Positions 40,306 to 49,046 are shown, counted from the stretch's first letter. The stretch: 64,000 bases of DNA from an uncultured Anaerolineales bacterium (GCA_964437445.1 CAYTGR010000019.1:5502-69501); one strand, 5' to 3'. Program-made: numbers and translations. The notes: generated by a model not told the origin, from the letters alone.

Positions 40306-41045
40306 GCCGCCCACCGATCTGCGGGCGTTAGCTGGCGGTAGCGCCAACGCACCTGCCAGACTCGCAGCGCAGCTTCTAATTGCACCCGCAGACTCATCTT
40401 GGATTCCCCGCGCTGCCGGTCTGGAAAGAAGATGGGCACTTCTATGACGTGATACCCCAACCGCCAGGCGACGTAGAGCGTCTCCACTTGAAAGATATAA
40501 CCGTGGGAGACCACGCGCCCCACGCCGACGCCGCGCAAGGCTTCTGCCCGGTAGGCCCGGAAGCCACCGGTTGTGTCGTGCACCGGTACCCCCAAAAGCG
40601 TGCGGGTGTAAAAATTGGCCCAGGCCGAAAGCGCCTTACGCGCCCATCCCCAGCTGGCATCCGTGCCCCCGCCCTGAATATAGCGCGAGCCGATCACAAT
40701 ATCCGCCGCGGCCAACCCCGCCAGCAAGCGCGGCACATCCGTCGGCTGATGTGAGAAATCGCAATCCATCTGGACGATGGCGGTAGCGCCATGCTCCAAG
40801 GCATAGCGGAAACCGTCCACATAGGCCAGCCCCAGTCCGCGTGGCCCGGTGCGATGCAACACGTGAAGCTGGCCGATCCAGCGCTCCGCCAGCCGGTCGG
40901 CCACCTCACCGGTTCCATCCGGCGAAGCGTCGTCTACATAGAGCAGATGCAGGTTGGGTACCGGCAGCGCCAGCAACGCCTCGGCCATCGGTTCAACGTT
41001 GTCTGCTTCGTTATAGGTTGGGATGACCACCCACGGACCGTTCAA
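40302..41045 (-). CDS. Polyprenol-monophosphomannose / dolichol-phosphate mannose synthase-like GT2 (Ppm1/DPM1-like, soluble)
   Basis: VVIPTYNEADN...YVDDASPDGT...DCDFSHQP...TGGFRAYR are classic DPM1/Ppm1 GT-A motifs; 247 aa. Confidence 0.8.
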   Translation of the reverse strand: MNGPWVVIPTYNEADNVEPMAEALLALPVPNLHLLYVDDASPDGTGEVADRLAERWIGQLHVLHRTGPRGLGLAYVDGFRYALEHGATAIVQMDCDFSHQPTDVPRLLAGLAAADIVIGSRYIQGGGTDASWGWARKALSAWANFYTRTLLGVPVHDTTGGFRAYRAEALRGVGVGRVVSHGYIFQVETLYVAWRLGYHVIEVPIFFPDRQRGESKMSLRVQLEAALRVWQVRWRYRQLTPADRWAA

Positions 41046-41145
41046 ATTTCAGGCCTCCACTCTTGATAAACATGCCGACCCATACAAGCAAACAGGGCCT
41101 GGAAGGGGGTGTGACCTTCCCGGCCCTGTGAGCGATCATCCGGGG

Positions 41146-42039
41146 TCAGGCCTGGGGATGATTGCTGAACAGCACCTGTCGTAATTGCGTTAATCCTCCC
41201 TCGCGCGGGATCTGGACCGACGAAAGGAGCTGAATGTCAAAAGTGATGCGGGGTAGGGGCGTGCCGTCGCTTTGTTTGCCGCTTTCCCAATCCCGGTAAG
41301 GGTAGAAGAAAGAGATCGCTTCGTTGAGGCGTTGGTGGAGCCGCCCCATAACAATATAGCCTTGAGCAGCCGGGACGACGATTAAAAACTGGTAAATATC
41401 CAGCTGGCCTACAAAAGGATCCGTCGTGATCACTTCGGCCGCCGTATTTTGCAGAATCAATGCCACCGCCCGGAGGACATCGTCGTGAGTCACGAAGCCG
41501 TAGGCATCGCTGAAGGCCTCCATCCCCTGGAGCCGCAGTCCGATGAAGGATAAATGCGCGTCGGCGGCCACCCGTTCCATTTGCTCTTCCAGCAGCACCG
41601 AAATGGGCAATCCGGTCACAGGGTGGAGCAAGGTGTCCAGGTTACTGCGGCGCAGGATGTTGCGTACCCGATACCGCAGTTCCTGCACATCAAAGGGCTT
41701 AGTGATGTAATCTACCCCGCCCAGTTCCAGGCCCATCAGACGGTCAATCCGGTCGCGGCGTTCCGTCAGGAAAATGATGGGGATGTGCTCGGTGCGCCGC
41801 TGAGAGCGTAACCGCCGGCAGACCTCGTAGCCATCAATATCCGGCAGGTGGATGTCTAACACTACCAGGTCAGGCGGTCGCTCGGTGGCCATGGTCAGCG
41901 CATCCTGACCCCAGGCGACATGGGAGACTTTGTAGCCTAACGAGGCAAAGTAAGCCGACAGCATATCCGCTGTATTGGGATCGTCTTCCACGATGAGGAT
42001 ATGGCGGGGAACGTTTTCTTCACCCACTGTCGCGCCCAT
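41146..42039 (-). CDS. Response regulator: receiver domain plus degenerate GGDEF-like domain (GG(D/E)EF motif absent)
   Basis: ILIVEDDPNTADML...LVVLDIHLPDIDG...KPF receiver, then DTLLHPVTGLP and RLQGMEAFSDAYGFVTHDDVLRAV, which resemble a GGDEF N-terminal half without the catalytic motif. Confidence 0.6.
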   Translation of the reverse strand: MGATVGEENVPRHILIVEDDPNTADMLSAYFASLGYKVSHVAWGQDALTMATERPPDLVVLDIHLPDIDGYEVCRRLRSQRRTEHIPIIFLTERRDRIDRLMGLELGGVDYITKPFDVQELRYRVRNILRRSNLDTLLHPVTGLPISVLLEEQMERVAADAHLSFIGLRLQGMEAFSDAYGFVTHDDVLRAVALILQNTAAEVITTDPFVGQLDIYQFLIVVPAAQGYIVMGRLHQRLNEAISFFYPYRDWESGKQSDGTPLPRITFDIQLLSSVQIPREGGLTQLRQVLFSNHPQA

Positions 42040-42058
42040 AATTGTTTGCTGTGCCTTT

Positions 42059-42697
42059 TTAACCGATAGGTTCTTTGTAGACGTGGAACAGACAAACGTC
42101 GTGCTTCATGCCCATGCACTTGACCTGATCCACTCGGAAGGTGCGGCCGCCACTGACCCAACGCATGGCCTCTTCCAGGATGCCGACGGCGATATAACCA
42201 CCGGGACGGTCGACCTCGCGGCCCCAGCACATTGAACAGCGGTCAATGTAGTACTCAAAATACTCACCACCGGGGTCTTTCACGTAGGATTTTTGGTCGC
42301 TGAGTGAGTCAAAGACTTTGGCGACGGCCGGCAGCCCAAACTTGAGCTTGGCGGGCAGCGGCAGTACCCGGAAGGCCAGGTCGCTGGCGCCGACCAGGGC
42401 TCCAAAGTTGGATAGCCCTTGGGCGAAGAGCACGCGCCCGGAGCGCAGGGCCAACCCGCGGCCACCGCGTGGCCCATACATTTCCTCCAGCCCGCGGTTG
42501 AGGGCCGAAATGTAGGAAAAATCAAAACCCTTATCCATGTTGTCGGGCGGGGGGTTGTCAATGAACTGGGAGAGGCCGGAGATGTTAAGGACAGCGTTAA
42601 GCCCGTTGCGGCCCATGATTTCCTCCAGCGCATTGAGGAGAATCAGGGCGAAGCGGTTTGGGTAATAGAATCCACTGGGTTCAGGAGCATTTGTCAT
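42059..42697 (-). CDS. V4R-domain protein (4-vinyl reductase-like small-molecule-binding domain)
   Basis: 212 aa with the DRCSMCWG CxxC motif typical of V4R. Sits immediately downstream of a Roadblock/LC7 gene. Confidence 0.6.
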   Translation of the reverse strand: MTNAPEPSGFYYPNRFALILLNALEEIMGRNGLNAVLNISGLSQFIDNPPPDNMDKGFDFSYISALNRGLEEMYGPRGGRGLALRSGRVLFAQGLSNFGALVGASDLAFRVLPLPAKLKFGLPAVAKVFDSLSDQKSYVKDPGGEYFEYYIDRCSMCWGREVDRPGGYIAVGILEEAMRWVSGGRTFRVDQVKCMGMKHDVCLFHVYKEPIG

Positions 42698-42712
42698 GGC
42701 GGCCCTCCTTAT

Positions 42713-43090
42713 CTACCTGAGAATCGTGGCCAGCTCATCGGCAGCCCGGCGCATGTCAAGGAAGAGTAGGCCTAACTTGGCCTGTTGTCGCGCCAGCACG
42801 GTTAATACGGCCTCTTCCCCGACGGCCCGGAGAATCACGTAGCCCTTTTCCCCTTTGACATAAACCTCGTCCAACATGCCGCGTCCCAACTCACTGGCGA
42901 TGCGCTCGCCCAGCGAGAGCATAGCGGCGGACATGGCGGAAACCCGGTCTTCTTCTACTCCCTGGGGAAGAGATGAGGCTATGGTGAGACCATCTACACT
43001 GACAATCGCGGCGGCTTCAACATCGGGGCTGCTCACTTGCAAATCGCGCAACCGTTCCACCATTTGTTCGGTACGAGATCTATTCGCCAT
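42713..43090 (-). CDS. Roadblock/LC7 (MglB-like) domain protein
   Basis: 125 aa with AAIVSVDGLTIASS...GYVILRAVGEEAVLTVL, matching the Roadblock/LC7 fold signature. Confidence 0.7.
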   Translation of the reverse strand: MANRSRTEQMVERLRDLQVSSPDVEAAAIVSVDGLTIASSLPQGVEEDRVSAMSAAMLSLGERIASELGRGMLDEVYVKGEKGYVILRAVGEEAVLTVLARQQAKLGLLFLDMRRAADELATILR

Positions 43091-43417
43091 CCTTGTTTAC
43101 CTCCATGTGGAGATTGAGTTTCTCGGTCCGGGGGGCCCCGCAACCGGGAAGTTATAGGTTATGAAAAGGTTACCATAGAATGAGGTCATGTCAAGCTATA
43201 CTTGTCAAGATGTCCCAATTTTAGCATAAAATGACTACGTCTGCAACAGGGAACGGTTAAATCAAGTATACCACAAAAAATAGAAAGCGTGGCACAGGGG
43301 ACACAACCCGGTACTTTTCAAGGGGAAAATTTCGTGGGGGGGATTTCCTAACTTCCCCCGCTGGCGGTAAGGCAAGCTGGTAGACAAGTAACGAGAGGCT
43401 CAATATGGATAATGGGC
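43091..43417. promoter_or_regulatory. AT-rich intergenic promoter region upstream of the Roadblock-V4R-RR operon; contains a direct repeat TGTCAAG(N8)TGTCAAG
   Basis: GC content drops well below the window average. No ORFs. Repeated TGTCAAG half-sites read from the sequence. Confidence 0.35.
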
Positions 43418-44059
43418 CTATGGGCGAGGGGATTCTGGAGCCAGCAGCCCGTGAAAAATGATCTGCAACCCGGCGTCCAACCGGGCGTACCAGGAATGGG
43501 GTGACGGCGCTGCGGGCAGCAGACAGGTGTACACAACGAAGAGGCGAATAAAATAGGCGGCCAGCAGCTCGCCGGCGATGTCGGCATCCACGTCTGGGTT
43601 GAATTCGCCCTGCCGCTGTCCTTCACGGACCATCGCGGCCAGCACCTGTGCGGGAGTTGGCCCGGTGGGGAGCGGGTAGACCTGGGCGTGCATGAAGATC
43701 TGCTGCGCGACATCGCGGTAGGGGAAGAGCTCGTCGCCCATCGCCCGGAGCGTGCAGGTAATCCGCTCGGTAGCCGGTTGCCCTGGAGCCGGTGGCTCCG
43801 CCAAAAGTGATTGGACGCGGGCGAAAGTCAGCGTCACCAGCAACGTCTGTTTGCTCTCAAAATAGTTGAAGAAAGTGCCTTTGGCGATGTCGGCCGCCGC
43901 GGCAATTTCTTCCACAGTGGTGGCCTCAAACCCTTTGGCGTGAAACAATCGCTCCGCCGCCGTTAACAGGCGGCGGCGGGTTTCTTCTTTGCGGCGCTCC
44001 CGGCGGGAGCTGGCCTGGATGGGTGTCTCTGGTATCAATGCTATCATGACCCCGGTCAA
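43418..44059 (-). CDS. TetR/AcrR-family transcriptional regulator
   Basis: N-terminal HTH: RLLTAAERLFHAKGFEATTVEEIAAAADIAKGTFFNYFESKQTLL. Confidence 0.8.
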   Translation of the reverse strand: MTGVMIALIPETPIQASSRRERRKEETRRRLLTAAERLFHAKGFEATTVEEIAAAADIAKGTFFNYFESKQTLLVTLTFARVQSLLAEPPAPGQPATERITCTLRAMGDELFPYRDVAQQIFMHAQVYPLPTGPTPAQVLAAMVREGQRQGEFNPDVDADIAGELLAAYFIRLFVVYTCLLPAAPSPHSWYARLDAGLQIIFHGLLAPESPRP

Positions 44060-44182
44060 AATTGACTCTGGTCATTGTACCACAACGGGGTTAAAAATCA
44101 ACTTCCTCAGGCGAGGAACGGTGCTGACCAACGACTCGCGCTTCAGCCGCAGCACGGAGTCCTGTCGGCTGGAAACGCTGGC

Positions 44183-44292
44183 TGGACATTTTTCTGTACT
44201 CTTTTACCTTTCACGGCCTACTGCTCTCTGCTCACTCCCTTACTGGTTTCTGTTCAAGGTTGGACATTTTTCTATACTCTTTTACCTTTCAC
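44183..44292. repeat. Two 32-bp direct repeats (TGGACATTTTTCTGTACTCTTTTACCTTTCAC and TGGACATTTTTCTATACTCTTTTACCTTTCAC) separated by a 46-bp spacer
   Basis: Read directly: 44183..44214 and 44261..44292, one mismatch. AT-rich, non-palindromic, between the TetR start and the CPBP gene end. Confidence 0.6.
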
Positions 44293-45073
44293 AGGGCGCC
44301 CTGCGAGGTAACAGCCAGTACACCAAAACCAGAGTAACCAGCAAAACAACGCCATAAATTGGCTCTCCTCCACGATCCGGTACATTCAATAAACCTTTGT
44401 CTTGCAGGAGATTCCATGCATAATGAAAACCTATCACACAACCTAAATTGCCTCGTTTGATGACCATCCCGCCCAAAACTATGCTAATCAGAAACGCATA
44501 GACAAAAGCGAACCAATAGTAGTCGGGGTTAATCAGGTGTATGGCCGTAAAGAGACTTGCAGATATTATTAACCCTACCCCTATACTCACACGGTGTCTG
44601 AGCACAGAGAGTATGTAGCCGCGAAAGAGCCCCTCTTCCGCTATGGCGACTATCAACCAAAAGAACAACAGCGCCCCCACATCAACACTTGTAGTGGCGT
44701 GCCCTATTTGATCGAGACTCATTTCTTTTGTAATGAATACCATGCCCCCTGCTACCAAACCAATGGACAAACTCCCCCATACTATCCCCAGTAACAAATC
44801 CATCCAAAACCCTTTATCCGGCCAACAGACGCCGATAAAACTTAACGGTTTGCGTTCCAGCCATAACTCCAACAGAAGGCTGATTATTATCGCCAGATGA
44901 AAAGCGTATTCCCCTATTGCTTCAACCTTAAGCAATGAAGCGAGTAGAGCAAACACTATCATCAGAATTATCACAAACACAAATACCCGCAGGATTTTCC
45001 AACCGGGACGCAATTCTTTGTTGCTGGAATAGAACAAGCTCATGGGTCTTATTTCCTCCAATTTCATGTACAT
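44282..45073 (-). CDS. CPBP-family intramembrane metalloprotease (CAAX protease / Abi family)
   Basis: EEGLFRGYIL, FTAIHL and HYAWN motifs in a polytopic membrane protein. Gene is AT-rich relative to the rest of the window. Confidence 0.75.
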   Translation of the reverse strand: MYMKLEEIRPMSLFYSSNKELRPGWKILRVFVFVIILMIVFALLASLLKVEAIGEYAFHLAIIISLLLELWLERKPLSFIGVCWPDKGFWMDLLLGIVWGSLSIGLVAGGMVFITKEMSLDQIGHATTSVDVGALLFFWLIVAIAEEGLFRGYILSVLRHRVSIGVGLIISASLFTAIHLINPDYYWFAFVYAFLISIVLGGMVIKRGNLGCVIGFHYAWNLLQDKGLLNVPDRGGEPIYGVVLLVTLVLVYWLLPRRAPCER

Positions 45074-45081
45074 AGTATAGC

Positions 45082-45216
45082 GCCCAACTGCTGGCGCTTC
45101 AGCTGCACCGCGCAGCGCAGCGGAGCGGCGTCAGGTGGAACTCCCCCTGGCTGGCTGCACCAGCCTCCCCCGGATGAACGGGCCGTTGGCCCGTTCTTAG
45201 CAAATGCTTGTTAGCC
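45082..45216. repeat. Copy A of a ~135-bp repeated structured intergenic element (copy B at 49083..49219), immediately 5' of a minus-strand start codon
   Basis: The two copies align at roughly 80% identity with an identical 48-bp core (GCGCAGCGCAGCGGAGCGGCGTCAGGTGGAACTCCCCCTGGC). Hairpins are preserved by compensatory differences. Confidence 0.6.
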
Positions 45217-45945
45217 CGCCTTTTTCAGCCAAGGAACTTGAGTGTTTGCAGCAGTATTGAACCTTTCAATGCCCCGTCTGTGTTTAATCCGAGCATAAAT
45301 GCAGTGGACTTGAAAGGAAATAACAAACATAACTATACCACCGACGATAAGATTGCTGTGAGGAACAGTATCTTGGGACAAAAATTGTACCGTAATGATC
45401 ATAAGGCCAGTAAGAGCAAATCCGTTTACTATGCCGATAAATAGTTGGTGGGTTCCAAGGGGATATATCCACCATAACCTTTTGTTGATTTTTTCAACCA
45501 AGTTTATTTTTCGTGGTGAAATTGGACTGACTTCAGCAAAAGAGTTGTCAATATAAAAAATGTATGGTTTTTCGGTCTCTCTACCCTGAAACAGACGGTA
45601 TTTCAACAAATTTAATCCAAGGGCGAAGTTGGAGAGGTCAATGTTTCTGTTAACAATAGAATCTTGAATAACAATTCCAACTAATATGGCGAATACAAGC
45701 AAGCCCGCAACGCTTGGATACGATAGCAGCAAATTGCCACTGTTCACTTGGAAAAGCACGATGATGGCCCCTGTCACCGCAGACAGTAAAGTGAGATAGA
45801 AATTGAAAATCCCATTGATCGCGTTTTCCGTATGAATATATAAGTTTGATAGAGACGCATACTCTGCCTTTAAAATATCAATCGTTTCTTCCCTCTGTCC
45901 TGATTGACTAATTGGTGAGATATTGCTCTTGGGCTTCTTGTCCAT
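45211..45945 (-). CDS. Hypothetical membrane protein (AT-rich, likely horizontally acquired)
   Basis: 244-aa ORF with four or five hydrophobic helices. Asn/Ile/Lys-rich composition, unlike the surrounding high-GC genes. Confidence 0.4.
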   Translation of the reverse strand: MDKKPKSNISPISQSGQREETIDILKAEYASLSNLYIHTENAINGIFNFYLTLLSAVTGAIIVLFQVNSGNLLLSYPSVAGLLVFAILVGIVIQDSIVNRNIDLSNFALGLNLLKYRLFQGRETEKPYIFYIDNSFAEVSPISPRKINLVEKINKRLWWIYPLGTHQLFIGIVNGFALTGLMIITVQFLSQDTVPHSNLIVGGIVMFVISFQVHCIYARIKHRRGIERFNTAANTQVPWLKKAG

Positions 45946-46028
45946 AGGTTGAGATCCTCTAAGGCAATTTAGTAAGGTGGGCTAACGGCTGGCGTCGGCT
46001 CAAGCCGTAAGTTGGGCGGCTCTTTGAG

Positions 46029-49000
46029 CTACGGCTGCCAGTTCCTGAGCACGAGGGGTATGTAGACATACCAGCGTGGTTTTTCGGATACTTTGATCAC
46101 AAACTCCTGCTCAGCGAATGTCCCCGTCCTATCTGTAGCGCGCAGCGTAACCGTACAAGTACCCGTATTGGCCGGTGTGCCGGCCAGCGTCGCCGTGCCG
46201 TTGCCGTGATCGGTCAGCGTCAGCCAGGCTGGGAGCGTGGAGGCGGTGATGGTCAGCGCGTCGCCGTGGATGAGGTCGGGGTCACCGGCGACGACAGCAT
46301 AGGCGTAGGGCGTGCCTTGCGTGGCGGTGAGCACCGGCGTGCTGGCAAAGTACGGCGCGTCGTTGACGTTGGCGACGGTGATGGTGAACGCCTGCGTGTC
46401 GGTCAGCCCGCCGCTGTCGGCCACCCGTAGCACCACCGGATGCTGGCCCACGTTGGCGTTGGAGGGCGTGCCGGAGAGGGTTGCCGTTCCGCCGCCGTGA
46501 GCGGTGAACGTGAGCCAGGCGGGCAATGTCGGTGCTGTGATGGTCAGAATATCGCCATAGATCAAGTCGGAGTCGGTGATGATGGCGGTATAAGTGTAGA
46601 TCATACCCTGCGTCGCAGTTGTGACCGGTGGGCTGGTGAAGCCCGGCGCATGGTTGGGACCCTTCTCATACGCCCCCATATCCACTATGGCGCTCCCGTT
46701 GCCGTCGCCATCCACAATGCGGGGGTTGCCGTCCAGGTCCGTGGTGACAGATACCGGCACGGCGCTGTTGATTCCGGCGTCAATCGCCGGGGAGGTCAGT
46801 TGCAGGCGCAGGTTGCCGCCGGCCGGGTTCACAAAACGCGGGTCGGCGTCAATGTTGCCGCCGCCATTGGTGCCGCAGGCAGAGTTCCAACTGCCCGAGC
46901 CGCCGCAGCCCTGGATGTCGCTGTAGGAGATGACCGGGATCCAGGTGTCGTCGTCATTGTAGATTTCGGACCCGCTGGAGGCCGAGTTGCCCCACAGAAT
47001 AACGTTCCTCAACTGCGGGACGCTGTAAGTATAGTTGGCTATCCCCCCGCCATTGTAGGTGGCCGTGTTGTCATTGAAAGTGACGTTTGACAGCGTCGGT
47101 CTGCTATTCGCCGCATTGCACATCCCACCGGCGATCAGGCCGGCTGCATTGCCCCTGAATATGACGTTTGACAACGTTGGGTTGCTGTAGAAACGGGTGT
47201 ACATCCCGCCCCCGCTCTGATAGGCCGTGTTACTGTCAAAGATGACGTTCGTAAGCGTTGGGTTGCATTCAACATTGTTGTACATTCCCCCGCCGGATTC
47301 AGCCTCGTTGCCGCTAAAGATAACGTTCCTCAGCGTGGGGCTGCTGCCCGACTGACCGAACATCCCGCCGCCATCGTAGGTGGCCGTGTTGCCATTGAAG
47401 GTCACGTCCGTCAGCGTGGGGCTGCTCGACTCGTTTTCCATTCCGCCACCCTTTAAGCCCGCCGTGTTGCCATTGAACCTCACGTCTGATAGCGTCGGGC
47501 TACTCACGTTGTTGCACATTCCACCGCCATCATAGTCGGCTCTGTTTCCATCAAAGGTGACATCCGTCAGCGACGGGCTGCTGGAGTTGTTATTGTACAT
47601 CCCACCGCCAGAACCTGCGGAGTTCTCGTTGAAGGTGACGGCTGTCAGTGTCGGACTGCTGGCAGTGTTGTATATCCCACCGCCATAGCTGGAGGCTATG
47701 TTGCCCTCAAAGGTGACGTCCGTCAGCGTCGGATTACTGGAATCATTGCACACCCCGCCACCCCCCTTGTGAGAACCAGTCGCCGAGTTGCCAGAGAAGG
47801 TGACATGGATCAGCGTCGGGTTGCTCTCATAGTTGGACATTCCACCGCCGTTGCTGTAATTACCATCGCCGGTAGCCGAGTTGTCCGAGAAGGTGACGTT
47901 CGTTAGTGTCGGGTTGCTGGCATAGTTGAACATTCCGCCACCGTAGAATGCCGTGTTGTCACTGAAAGTGACCTCCGTCAGTGTTGAACTGCTGTCAAAC
48001 CCGTTGTACATCCCGCCGCCGGTGTTGCCTGCTGTATTGCCGCTGAAGGTGATATTCATCAGCGGTGAGGCACTATGGTAATTGTACAACCCCCCGCCAT
48101 CGTTGGCAACGATATTCCCGTCAAAAGTGATGTCCGTCAGCGAGGGGCTGCTCTCATAATTGTACATCCCGCCGCCATCGGCTGCCTGGTTATAGCTGAA
48201 GATGACACTCGTCAGTGTCGGGCCGCTGCTGTTGTTGAACGCCCCGCCGCCAGAATTGCTGGCAGAGTTCCCGCTAAAGGTGACGTTTGCCAGCATTGGG
48301 CTGCTCTCATAGTTGTATACCCCGCCGCCGCGGGTAAAGGCCACGTTGCCCTCGAAGGTGACATCCGTCAGCGTGGGGCTGCTCCACTGATTGAGCATCC
48401 CGCCGCCGTACGCAGCCGCGTTGCCACTGAAGATGAGCGCCGTCAGCGTCGGGCTGCTCTCGTCGTTGAACATCCCGCCGCCGAGGTAATGTGGCCAGTT
48501 CTCCTCGGCCTCGACAGCATCGGCCAGCCCGGCGGTGATGAAAAAGCCATCCAGCACGGCGGTCTCGGTTACACCGTTGCTCATGACAACATGGTAGGCG
48601 TTCGTGCCGGTGATGTTGGCTGTGGTGGTCACCACGCCATGGGGATCGGTAGAGTCATTGCCGTCAATGTCACCGCTGAGGACCGTGGGGTGGGCCCGCC
48701 AGTCCCGCTGGGTGCGCAATGTCTCGGTGGCGACAAAGCCGCCATAGATGGCGACGCCGTTCCTCAGCGTAAAGGTGGCCTCCCGGTCGTTCGGATCGGT
48801 GGTGGGTTTGTGTACTCCCGCCTGGACCCAAATCTCGTCGCCGCTTTGGGCATTGTGCAGCGCAGTTTGCAGCGTACATGCGGTAGACCAGGAATCCCCG
48901 CAGGGCCACGCTGTGCTGCCATTCGGCCTGGCGCGAATCACGCTGGAGGTGGCGCGAGCAATGTCAGGGCCTGTGAACGTTGTGACCAGTAATGATACCC

Positions 49001-49046
49001 CCAGCAGAAGGGCTACTACTGTAAAGAAATGCATTATCTTTGCCAT
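46029..49046 (-). CDS. Large secreted right-handed parallel beta-helix repeat protein with two C-terminal Ig/cadherin-like repeats
   Basis: Signal peptide MAKIMHFFTVVALLLGVSLLV with AAGGAGG 5 nt upstream of the ATG at 49046. More than 20 tandem ~23-aa repeats of the form SSPTLT(D/N)VTF.GN.A..GGGMYN. Two ~95-aa repeats follow (TITAPTLPAWLTFTAHGGGTATLSGTP / TITASTLPAWLTLTDHGNGTATLAGTP). Confidence 0.7.
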   Translation of the reverse strand: MAKIMHFFTVVALLLGVSLLVTTFTGPDIARATSSVIRARPNGSTAWPCGDSWSTACTLQTALHNAQSGDEIWVQAGVHKPTTDPNDREATFTLRNGVAIYGGFVATETLRTQRDWRAHPTVLSGDIDGNDSTDPHGVVTTTANITGTNAYHVVMSNGVTETAVLDGFFITAGLADAVEAEENWPHYLGGGMFNDESSPTLTALIFSGNAAAYGGGMLNQWSSPTLTDVTFEGNVAFTRGGGVYNYESSPMLANVTFSGNSASNSGGGAFNNSSGPTLTSVIFSYNQAADGGGMYNYESSPSLTDITFDGNIVANDGGGLYNYHSASPLMNITFSGNTAGNTGGGMYNGFDSSSTLTEVTFSDNTAFYGGGMFNYASNPTLTNVTFSDNSATGDGNYSNGGGMSNYESNPTLIHVTFSGNSATGSHKGGGGVCNDSSNPTLTDVTFEGNIASSYGGGIYNTASSPTLTAVTFNENSAGSGGGMYNNNSSSPSLTDVTFDGNRADYDGGGMCNNVSSPTLSDVRFNGNTAGLKGGGMENESSSPTLTDVTFNGNTATYDGGGMFGQSGSSPTLRNVIFSGNEAESGGGMYNNVECNPTLTNVIFDSNTAYQSGGGMYTRFYSNPTLSNVIFRGNAAGLIAGGMCNAANSRPTLSNVTFNDNTATYNGGGIANYTYSVPQLRNVILWGNSASSGSEIYNDDDTWIPVISYSDIQGCGGSGSWNSACGTNGGGNIDADPRFVNPAGGNLRLQLTSPAIDAGINSAVPVSVTTDLDGNPRIVDGDGNGSAIVDMGAYEKGPNHAPGFTSPPVTTATQGMIYTYTAIITDSDLIYGDILTITAPTLPAWLTFTAHGGGTATLSGTPSNANVGQHPVVLRVADSGGLTDTQAFTITVANVNDAPYFASTPVLTATQGTPYAYAVVAGDPDLIHGDALTITASTLPAWLTLTDHGNGTATLAGTPANTGTCTVTLRATDRTGTFAEQEFVIKVSEKPRWYVYIPLVLRNWQP

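Noticed and set aside
44183-44292. Possible CRISPR array
   Set aside because: Only two repeat copies, no cas genes in the window and no further spacers. Reported as a direct-repeat finding rather than a CRISPR feature.
43989-44357. 122-aa plus-strand ORF spanning the 32-bp direct repeats
   Set aside because: The translation simply repeats GHFSVLFYLS twice because it reads through the DNA repeats. AT-rich with no start context; probably non-coding.
46206-48992. Several 60-300-aa plus-strand ORFs inside the beta-helix gene
   Set aside because: Antisense to a 1006-aa repeat protein with a strong SD and signal peptide. Repetitive Gly/Val-rich antisense translations.
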